Below are positions 32,284 to 40,034 of a stretch of DNA of 61,997 nt, piece after piece. Position numbers and translations under genes: made by a program. Numbering within the stretch: the stretch's first letter is position 1; every line of letters begins with the position of its first letter. This stretch comes from a bacterium. GTDB taxonomy: Bacteria; Patescibacteriota; Patescibacteriia; CAZCGY01. The notes under the pieces are model-generated. The model was not told the origin of the DNA. It worked only from the letters and a program-made list of their open reading frames with translations, and made no database searches. Location: the NCBI GenBank assembly GCA_043807225.1, contig JAZDGG010000067.1:1-61997 (forward strand), in the 5' to 3' direction.

Positions 32284-32688
32284 ATGGTCCGTACGAATAG
32301 CCCTCCTCTCCCCCACCCCCTCTCCTCCTCGAGGAGGAGAGGGCGGGGTGAGGCGGTGAAAAAAGCTCGTGCACTTCGAAAAAATCAAACCCCGTGGGAA
32401 TACAAACTGTGGCAGCGACTCCGCGCACGACGATTCTTTAGGTTTCGAATGAAGCGCCAAGTGCGCGTCACCCCATACATCGTTGACTTTTGTTGCTATG
32501 AAAAGCGACTGGTAATCGAACTTGACGGCAGTTACCATACCCATCCTCGAAAAAAAGATATGGACGAAAAACGAGAAAAATATCTCCTTCAGAAGGGTTT
32601 CCGCGTTCTTCGATTCTGGAATAGTGAGATTGACGATAATCTAGAAGGCGTTTTGGAAAGAATCTTTATATTTCTGACGTCAGAATAA
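32284..32688 (+). CDS. DUF559 endonuclease-domain protein (Vsr-like fold)
   Basis: ARALRKNQTPWEYKLWQRLRARRF...YIVDFCCYEKRLVIELDGSYH...LQKGFRVLRFWNSEI supports the call. The real start may be GTG 32356, downstream of a palindrome. Confidence 0.85.
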   Translation: MVRTNSPPLPHPLSSSRRRGRGEAVKKARALRKNQTPWEYKLWQRLRARRFFRFRMKRQVRVTPYIVDFCCYEKRLVIELDGSYHTHPRKKDMDEKREKYLLQKGFRVLRFWNSEIDDNLEGVLERIFIFLTSE

Positions 32689-32727
32689 AGAGACCCATTC
32701 AGTAACGGCCCGTGATACAATGGACAG

Positions 32728-33633
32728 ATGGCAACAACACGCCACCCCCCTCTCATCGTCATCTGCGGCCCAACGGCTTCTGGGAAATCATCGCTGGCAT
32801 TGACCCTTGCCGAGCAGTATTCGGGATTCATCATTTCCGCTGATTCTCGGCAGGTATACCGTGGGATGGATATCGGGACTGCGAAGCCGTCGGTGACCGA
32901 GCGCAGGCGCATTCCGCACTTTCTCATTGACGTGGTAAGTCCGGACGAACCATTCACCGTCGCAGACTACCAGCGACTGGTCGTGGACGTACTCTCGCGC
33001 GAAGCTGGACTCCCCTTTCTCGTCGGCGGGACGGGACTTTACATCGACGCCGTTGTGGAGAATTGGGAGATTCCGCACGGGTGTTCGGACGCGACCCACC
33101 GCAAGAAACTGGAACATACATCGATGAATCTTTTCGTTAAAAGATTAGAAGAAATTGACCCCGAATCCGCCGCCGTCATCGACCTCAAGAATAAACGCCG
33201 CGTCATCCGTGCGCTGGAAGTTGCAGAACAAACCGGTAAGAGTTTTATCGCGCAAAAAAAGAAGTGGCCGTTCCCCTATCGCGTACTCAGGATCGGCATG
33301 GACGTTCCGCGCGAGGAACTCATTGGCCGGATCAACACCCGCGTCGACGCGATGATGACACACGGATTACTCGACGAAGTTCGCGCGCTTGGACGGAGAT
33401 ACGGCTGGGACGCACCAGCGCTCTCTGGCCTCGGGTACCGACAGCTCGGCGCCCATCTTCGTGGAGAAATGCGTTTGGGCGCCGCGGTGGAGCACATCAA
33501 GATCGCAACGCGGCAATACGCAAAACGCCAGATGACCTGGTTCAAGCGGGACCAATCAATCCAGTGGATTTCGGATGCATCGGCGGCGGTGAAACTTCTC
33601 CAGACGTTTTTGGCCAACGTCGCGCAGGGCTAG
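32728..33633 (+). CDS. miaA: tRNA dimethylallyltransferase
   Basis: The P-loop ICGPTASGKSSLAL and the motif SADSRQVYRGMDIGTAKPS support the call. Confidence 0.95.
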   Translation: MATTRHPPLIVICGPTASGKSSLALTLAEQYSGFIISADSRQVYRGMDIGTAKPSVTERRRIPHFLIDVVSPDEPFTVADYQRLVVDVLSREAGLPFLVGGTGLYIDAVVENWEIPHGCSDATHRKKLEHTSMNLFVKRLEEIDPESAAVIDLKNKRRVIRALEVAEQTGKSFIAQKKKWPFPYRVLRIGMDVPREELIGRINTRVDAMMTHGLLDEVRALGRRYGWDAPALSGLGYRQLGAHLRGEMRLGAAVEHIKIATRQYAKRQMTWFKRDQSIQWISDASAAVKLLQTFLANVAQG

Positions 33634-34928
33634 AGATCAACCACGAGCGTCGACCAGCCAAATTCTTTTGCGGCAATCCCCGCGCCCGTGATGGGATTGT
33701 AATATTCGCGGAATCCGCTCAATGCCACAAGCTCTCTGCTCCTCTTCGCGATATGGTCGGCTTCTTCGTGGTACCCGTGCTGTCGAAGCGCGTGAACGAG
33801 AAACCAATTCGTATTCATCCATGTGGACCCCCGCCAGTGCGACGGCCGCGGCGCGTTCGGCAGTCGGCTCTCAGGCGAGAAGGTCGGTTCGGTTGCGGCA
33901 ACAGACGGGACGGGATACGTCAGCCAGAATTCTTTCGGATTCTTCAGGTGCTCCACAAGCGCGCAAACGTACGTTTTTGGCAGCCACGGGCAGAGCAACG
34001 GAAACAGCGATGCAATGGTCAGAATGGTTGACCGGCGCTCGCCACGTCCGTTGAGATTGAAAAAGGCGCGTCGCTGTGGATCCCACATTTTTTTGATGAT
34101 GGCCGCAAAAACCTCTTTTGACGCCGTTCGCCACCCCGTCCCTGCCTGCGTTTCTCCAAGGACGTCATGAAGTAATGCGAGAACGTGAAGATTCAATCCG
34201 AGGATGGAGTTGACGAGCACGTCTTCGACATGAAAGCGGCCAAAGCGAACGGTAAGCGCGTTGTGGTTGCCATACAGCAATTTATTCAAAAAAGGCACTG
34301 CACGGGAACGCACGAGGTACTCCGGCAGGCTAAAATGGAGACGAGGTGCGATCAGCTCGTCGTAGGCCGGGCTCGCATCAAGGCCGGATTCATACTGCGA
34401 CACAATGCTGATGAGGTGATCGCGGTCCGGGTCACGCTTGGCCAGAAGCCACGCATAATACCGATCGAGATGCGGCAGCATCTCGCGCAGAAACGCTTTT
34501 TCCCGTTGTGCCATAAAAACTCGCTCGACCGCTTGCGCAAGAACCGGTGGTTGGATGAGTGCGGATGTTTTTGGTTTCGCCACGCCCGGGAGAAATGTGA
34601 ACCATCCCCGTGATTCCTGCCAATGAGCCAGCAACGGACTCCGGTGGATGCTCTTTTGATCCCAGTAAATCATGTGCGGGAGAAAGCCGCTTTGCTCCTG
34701 TCCCGCACACAGCGCGCGCAGCTCGTCCTGGGCTCGGGCGGGATCTGTATGGCTCCACGCGATTGCATGAAAACAGGAATCCCAAAACCACTGGAATGGA
34801 TACGTTCCAATCGATGGGATGCTAAAACGATACTCCCTCCCCGACCTTCGAATGGTTTGCGTGTTTCGCTGAAGCAGCGCAAACGCTTGCGCCTCAAATG
34901 CTGCTTGTGGCTTTGTTTTTCTTTTCAT
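33630..34928 (-). CDS. GH63-like (MGH1/trehalase-type alpha/alpha-6 barrel) glycoside hydrolase
   Basis: TYPFQWFWDSCFHAIAW, IQPPVLA and ...WRGSTWMNTNWF are typical of this fold. I take ATG 34928 (MKRKTK...); the start is uncertain. Confidence 0.65.
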   Translation of the reverse strand: MKRKTKPQAAFEAQAFALLQRNTQTIRRSGREYRFSIPSIGTYPFQWFWDSCFHAIAWSHTDPARAQDELRALCAGQEQSGFLPHMIYWDQKSIHRSPLLAHWQESRGWFTFLPGVAKPKTSALIQPPVLAQAVERVFMAQREKAFLREMLPHLDRYYAWLLAKRDPDRDHLISIVSQYESGLDASPAYDELIAPRLHFSLPEYLVRSRAVPFLNKLLYGNHNALTVRFGRFHVEDVLVNSILGLNLHVLALLHDVLGETQAGTGWRTASKEVFAAIIKKMWDPQRRAFFNLNGRGERRSTILTIASLFPLLCPWLPKTYVCALVEHLKNPKEFWLTYPVPSVAATEPTFSPESRLPNAPRPSHWRGSTWMNTNWFLVHALRQHGYHEEADHIAKRSRELVALSGFREYYNPITGAGIAAKEFGWSTLVVDL

Positions 34929-35026
34929 CTTTTTGCAGTGTATCACGGCCAGCGTCTGAGACAAAAGCATACGAAGAACGCTCCCGAGCAATCGAGAGCG
35001 TTTCAGAAAGGACGAGAGGGGCAATT

Positions 35027-35413
35027 TCAGACCGCGCGGGCAGCCTTGCGGCTCGCTTCAATGAGCGCGTCATTCGCCAGATCGGCCTTGTGGTACAGCC
35101 ACATCCAGGTGCCGAGGGAGAGAAAAAAGGTTACGCTGCAGACGATACCCGTCGCGTTCGGGGACGGCTTCACGACCATCAACCTGCCGGCACCCCAGAT
35201 ACTCACGGCCAGCGGGATATAGCAAACCGCGCAGAGCATACCGTGCCCGATCCCCCAATGAAAGTAGGCCTCGGGTTCACCCGAGACCACGCAGTTCAGA
35301 AGGCACCAGCGCATTCCCCAGGTGAGCAACCCGAAGGTCGCGATCGGGATAAGCACCGGCCATTGAGCAGTCCATCCCCACATGATTCCTCCGAATGTGT
35401 AAAGGACACTCAT
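35027..35413 (-). CDS. Hypothetical polytopic membrane protein
   Basis: The product is Trp/Gly-rich with about 4 TM helices. The start could be 35413 or 35461. Confidence 0.5.
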   Translation of the reverse strand: MSVLYTFGGIMWGWTAQWPVLIPIATFGLLTWGMRWCLLNCVVSGEPEAYFHWGIGHGMLCAVCYIPLAVSIWGAGRLMVVKPSPNATGIVCSVTFFLSLGTWMWLYHKADLANDALIEASRKAARAV

Positions 35414-35459
35414 CTCTTCGCAGTGAAGATACTCGCTTTTGCGACGCGAAGAAGGTATC

Positions 35460-36833
35460 ATGAAGACACGAACGTGTCAAGCACAGACAATTGAGAAGAA
35501 TGACATGACCAATCCAGAAAACCTGCACGAACAAGAACGACCGCTTTTCCCCATTCCGACTCAAGAGAATGGACAAACTTCCAAAGATGAGGAGACGCCG
35601 GAAACATCGGTGACGGAAACAGAGACGCGGCCATCCCCTGCTTCACTTCGTGACGGGGAGTTGGACATCCTCCTTCACGCGTACGAAGGGCGAATGACTG
35701 ATGCGGAGACGCTTCATGCGGATGAGCAGATGTATCTTGAACAGCTCCGACAAGAACGCCAAGTTCGCATGGGGCTTGCGGAAACGCTGGAAGGACGTGA
35801 AACCGTCGAACAGATTCGTGAGGGCATGTGGCTGCTCCGCAAAGAAAAATCCGTCAATCCAGTGACCGTAGTTTTTCGTCGCGGGGACCAGCTGTTGGTG
35901 ACTGACCCGGGTGTGTCATGGCACTCGAAAGAGAAAAATCGTGATCTGCGTGTGCTCGAACAGACGCTCGGAGCAAAGGTCAACGGCATCCTCCTTACCC
36001 ACTCGCACCCGGATCACATCGGGAACCTTCCTGAAATCGTGGATGAAGAGGTGCCTGTCTACGTCCACCCGAAAGGTTTTTGGAGCATCCGGTCACCGCA
36101 AAAGCTTCTTGAGGCAGAAAACGTGCTTGCGGAACGCGGAGATGCGCCAAAACTTTTTCCAAACATCCTCGCAGAGCGCCTGTACCCTTTGGTGATGAAG
36201 GCGGCGTATGGCCCTCGCCTTCGTGGTATGAAAAAAGAGGGCGAGCGTACCCACCGCGTCACCGACACAAAGGGAGAGACGGACGATCTCCCAATCAAGG
36301 AGGGCGGGAGGCGATACCAGCGCTTTCCTGAAGATCCCATGCACTGTGATGGATATACGGTCGAGGTTGTTGAAACGCCGGGGCACACTCCAGGTGAAGT
36401 CTCGTTTTGGATACCTGAAGACAGGATTCTCGTCGGCGGTGACCTCATCCCGAATACCCATTTTGGGCGCGACGACATTGCCTCCCTCTATATGCCCGAA
36501 GCGAATATCTACGACGCCATCACAAGTCTCGAGCGCATCAAAGATCTCAAACCCGTGCTGTTCATCCCCACGCACGGCGAACCCATCCGCACGGAGGAGG
36601 CGCTGCAGGAACGCGTTGATACCATGCTGAAAATTCTTCATGACATTATTCAGCGAGTGCATTCGATACGAGCGGAGCGGCCGGGCGCAACGATTCAGCA
36701 GCTTGCCGACGAGGTGTTCGCGGATGATCCGCGTTTCCCCAAGACCTCCAAGTTCGGCCCAATCGAGAAACGGACGATCGTCATGAGTGTCCTGCGGGAT
36801 GCACACCCGCCCAGAGAGAAGAGCACGCTCTAG
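35460..36833 (+). CDS. MBL-fold metallo-hydrolase with an acidic N-terminal extension
   Basis: ATG 35460 follows GAAGG. The HxHxDH motif is LLTHSHPDHIGN, with later HTPGE and PTHGEP motifs. Confidence 0.8.
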   Translation: MKTRTCQAQTIEKNDMTNPENLHEQERPLFPIPTQENGQTSKDEETPETSVTETETRPSPASLRDGELDILLHAYEGRMTDAETLHADEQMYLEQLRQERQVRMGLAETLEGRETVEQIREGMWLLRKEKSVNPVTVVFRRGDQLLVTDPGVSWHSKEKNRDLRVLEQTLGAKVNGILLTHSHPDHIGNLPEIVDEEVPVYVHPKGFWSIRSPQKLLEAENVLAERGDAPKLFPNILAERLYPLVMKAAYGPRLRGMKKEGERTHRVTDTKGETDDLPIKEGGRRYQRFPEDPMHCDGYTVEVVETPGHTPGEVSFWIPEDRILVGGDLIPNTHFGRDDIASLYMPEANIYDAITSLERIKDLKPVLFIPTHGEPIRTEEALQERVDTMLKILHDIIQRVHSIRAERPGATIQQLADEVFADDPRFPKTSKFGPIEKRTIVMSVLRDAHPPREKSTL

Positions 36834-36839
36834 CCGGAG

Positions 36840-36868
36840 TTGACAAAGCGCTCGTCGTGCGCTAGAGT
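36840..36868 (+). promoter_or_regulatory. Sigma70-like promoter (TTGACA-N17-TAGAGT) for 36919..37860
   Basis: The hexamers lie at 36840..36845 and 36863..36868. Confidence 0.5.
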
Positions 36869-36918
36869 CCTTCGTGGTTTTGTGTTCCTTTGAAAATGCT
36901 TGAACAAGGAGGCACTAC

Positions 36919-37860
36919 GTGCGCCAGATCGCCGCCTGCGCAGATTCGCACCTCATGAACAACCCTGAGGAGCTTTCAGCCATTGAAGCGCGTTTGCAGC
37001 ACACTCCATATCTTGCACAGCGGTCATGGGTACCGCTTTCGCTCATCCAGTGGGCAATTCGGAAGATGCGGAGAACGTCGCTTGCGTGTCTTGATCGGTT
37101 TCGCAGCGACCCGCGAGTGCAGCAAGCAGACCAACTCTTTACGCTCGGTGACCAGTGCCATGGGATTCGTGAACGCGGCATTTTTGGAGAGCCGGGAAGA
37201 TTGGTTGCGCAGGATTTTCTGTGCCGCCTGGAAGGGGTCGCACGCCGCTTTCCTGCAATTCACGTCCCATCCGAGCATATGCTGGGATATTGGGAGGGAG
37301 AGGACTATCTTCCGCGCATCGCATTGCGTCGGCCACACCTGAGATTCCGCGTCATCCATCGCGACATCGGCGGGGGTATGGACATGGGAGCCATCGCCAA
37401 CTGGCAGCAGCTCTTCGGTCCGCTCTGGGGGGTGCGGGATATCGAAGGATTCAGGATCATTTGGATTGATTGCGACCTCATCCGGTGGCGAAGGCGCATC
37501 AACGAATCGATCGACCTTCAGGGCCTCGCCAGTCTCCTTGACCAGCAAACCCAATTTCTCGATGCGACACTGTCAGAAAGTCGTCCGGACAGTGTTATCC
37601 TTCTTTCCCACCGATTGTCATCGATCTTCGCCGACCTAACGATTCTGCACTTTCAGGATCGCTTGCGCGCCGTGATGTTCGCAGACTTCCACGTCCAGAA
37701 AGAGGCGGATCGGGGAATCGCAACACTCCCCTCGCACTCGTTCGCAACGTGGTTTGTCCCTTCCGTTTGGGGTGTACAGTTCGGCAAGGGCGATCCTGGC
37801 TTTGCGACGCTGACCATCGACGGTCGGGACACAATGTTCCGTCAGCACTTGCTCTCTTGA
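36919..37860 (+). CDS. Hypothetical protein, possibly a degenerate metallophosphoesterase
   Basis: GTG 36919 has AAGGAGG upstream. Weak motifs (LGDQCHG, LLSHRL, ADFHVQ) are in the order expected for calcineurin-like phosphoesterases, but the first DxH motif is missing. Confidence 0.5.
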   Translation: MRQIAACADSHLMNNPEELSAIEARLQHTPYLAQRSWVPLSLIQWAIRKMRRTSLACLDRFRSDPRVQQADQLFTLGDQCHGIRERGIFGEPGRLVAQDFLCRLEGVARRFPAIHVPSEHMLGYWEGEDYLPRIALRRPHLRFRVIHRDIGGGMDMGAIANWQQLFGPLWGVRDIEGFRIIWIDCDLIRWRRRINESIDLQGLASLLDQQTQFLDATLSESRPDSVILLSHRLSSIFADLTILHFQDRLRAVMFADFHVQKEADRGIATLPSHSFATWFVPSVWGVQFGKGDPGFATLTIDGRDTMFRQHLLS

Positions 37861-37928
37861 ACCCTTCGGGGTTCTTTTTTCTTGTGGGAATCGATGGGCA
37901 GTACGAGGGCGGACGAAAAAGCTCCTTC

Positions 37929-38321
37929 TCAAGAGAAGGAGCCCGCTGCGACCGCGGCCGGTCCGCGCACAACCGTTCTGGGCGTCGGCGCATCCAGATA
38001 GTACACCCAGTGCTGGACGAACTGGCAGAGGTGCTCATGAACTCCGTGACGGTGCTCAGGAGTCACGAGGATGAAATTGACGTCGTAAAAGTCGCAGATG
38101 TCCACAAGCCACGCCTCGACACGCGGAAGGGCGTGATCAACGTACACCGTCGGAATGCCTTCGTCTGCCGCGCGAAGAAACGACTCCGCAATGGGGGTGT
38201 CGCTGATGACCACGGCGATCTCCCACCCCTGCGCGAAGCAATGGAACAGCGAAAAATGCCGATCCAGGTCGCGTGTTTTTTCAGAGACAAACAGGGCCAC
38301 GCGACGACCAGAGTGCCGCAT
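37929..38321 (-). CDS. Formyltransferase N-terminal-domain-like protein (short, catalytic motifs not seen)
   Basis: RVALFVSEK...WEIAVVISDTPIAESFLRAADEGIPTV resembles the PurN/Fmt N-terminus. The ORF stops at 130 aa without the NxH...D catalytic signature. Confidence 0.45.
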   Translation of the reverse strand: MRHSGRRVALFVSEKTRDLDRHFSLFHCFAQGWEIAVVISDTPIAESFLRAADEGIPTVYVDHALPRVEAWLVDICDFYDVNFILVTPEHRHGVHEHLCQFVQHWVYYLDAPTPRTVVRGPAAVAAGSFS

Positions 38322-38339
38322 TGTTGCCTCCTTGCGTCC

Positions 38340-39836
38340 TTACCTCCCTGCTGTGAGCTGCTCAACGAGCAGCGTGTGAATGAGCTGCGGGTTTCCTTTC
38401 CCTCGTGTTTCTGCCATGACACGGCCGACGAGGAACTTGAGGGCAATCTCCTTGCCGTTGCGGTAATCCTGAACCACCTTGGGATTCTCGTCAATGACCT
38501 TGAGAACGATCCTCCGCAGTGCGTCGGCATCGTCAATCTGCTGGAGACCAAGCTGCTCGATGAGATCGGAAGGATCGCCACCCGTCCGTTGCATCTCTTC
38601 GAGAAGTTTCTGTGCGGCCTGATTCGTCACGTTCCCTCCGTCGATAATCGTGATGAATTCCGCAAAGTTTTCTGGAGTAATCCTTGATTCCGCGATCGTC
38701 AACTTTTCCGCAACCAGAATTGTCTGAAACCGATTGATGAGCCAATTCACTGCCTGTTGGGTAAGACTCTTCCCGTCGGAATCCCACGGTACTCCCTTTG
38801 CAAGTGCCCACGCTTTCAATTCGGAGAAAACCTCTTCACTATAGTCTCCGAGCGCCCGGTCATGGACAAAGACCTCACCGTCGGCCGAGCGGCATCCGTA
38901 CTGTTCGGCAAAGCGGCGACGTCGCTCAAACGGCAGTTCAGGGATCCGCGCGCGGATATCGCGGAGGTATTCATTGGTAAAATTGAGTGGCGGAAGATCT
39001 GGTTCTGGAAAGTATCGATAGTCGGAAGATTCTTCCTTCGTTCGCTGCAGAACCGTCTCACCACCCCGTTCATCCCACCCGCGGGTCGACTGCGCAGACT
39101 CGGGTGTTCCTGCATCCCAGAGTTCTTTTTGGCGCTTTTCTTCGTACGCCAGCGCGTGCTCGACCGAGCGGAAGGAGTTGAGATTCTTGATTTCGGTTTT
39201 CGGGGAAAGCGTCACCTCCCCGGCTGGACGAAGGGAGATGTTGGCATCGCAGCGCAAATGGCCTTTCTCCATGTCTGCGTCGGAAATACCGAGGTGGCGC
39301 GTGAGCAAACGCAGTTCCTGAAGAAAGACCCGCGCCTCCTCCGGCGAGCGGATATCCGGTTCGGTGACGATTTCGGCAAGCGGCGTTCCTGCGCGATTGA
39401 AATCAACGATGCTGTAGTCTTTCCCTTCGGGATGCAGGAGCTTTGCCGCATCCTCTTCGAGGTGGAGCCGGGTAATCCCGACGCGGTGCGTGTGCTCGCC
39501 AAGCTGAATCGTCAGGCGGCCGTCGACGCCGATTGGCTCGTCGAATTGGGAGATTTGGTATCCCTTCGGCAAGTCGGGGTAGAAATAACTCTTGCGATCA
39601 AACTTTGAGAACTCCGGAATGCGGCAGTCGAGTGCCATGGCCGCCATCACCGCCCAGTCAATCGCCTGTTGATTTGGGACTGGCAAGACGCCTGGCTGAC
39701 CTGTGCAGACGGGACAAATGGTCGTGTTGATCGGCTGCTCCTCGCCCGTATTGTCACAGCCGCAAAACAGCTTGCTTTTCGTTTTGAGCTGCACGTGGAT
39801 TTCAAGCCCGATGATGGTTTCGTATGTCTGCGACAT
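38340..39836 (-). CDS. gatB: Asp-tRNA(Asn)/Glu-tRNA(Gln) amidotransferase subunit B
   Basis: I take ATG 39836. YETIIGLEIHVQLKTKSKLFCGC...RCDANISLRP and a YqeY-like tail support the call. Confidence 0.95.
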   Translation of the reverse strand: MSQTYETIIGLEIHVQLKTKSKLFCGCDNTGEEQPINTTICPVCTGQPGVLPVPNQQAIDWAVMAAMALDCRIPEFSKFDRKSYFYPDLPKGYQISQFDEPIGVDGRLTIQLGEHTHRVGITRLHLEEDAAKLLHPEGKDYSIVDFNRAGTPLAEIVTEPDIRSPEEARVFLQELRLLTRHLGISDADMEKGHLRCDANISLRPAGEVTLSPKTEIKNLNSFRSVEHALAYEEKRQKELWDAGTPESAQSTRGWDERGGETVLQRTKEESSDYRYFPEPDLPPLNFTNEYLRDIRARIPELPFERRRRFAEQYGCRSADGEVFVHDRALGDYSEEVFSELKAWALAKGVPWDSDGKSLTQQAVNWLINRFQTILVAEKLTIAESRITPENFAEFITIIDGGNVTNQAAQKLLEEMQRTGGDPSDLIEQLGLQQIDDADALRRIVLKVIDENPKVVQDYRNGKEIALKFLVGRVMAETRGKGNPQLIHTLLVEQLTAGR

Positions 39837-40034
39837 GAATGCTTCTAGAGTACCAGCGTTCGGGCAAAAGAAAAAGGGGGACGAGGACGGCATGGGACTC
39901 AGGAACGGGTTAGTACATCGTACTCGTTAACCCTTTGTTAAAAGGTGTCGAGTAAGACGGGCTTTGCTTGATACTCTTTTCGTTCAAAGATGTGTGGTTG
40001 TCGAAACCAGCGTTGCCGGATACACTACCACTGT

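Noticed and set aside
39837-40034. M-box (ykoK) magnesium riboswitch upstream of mgtA.
   Set aside because: I could not find the conserved M-box sequence blocks. Only a generic hairpin is present, and it is reported as a low-interest finding.
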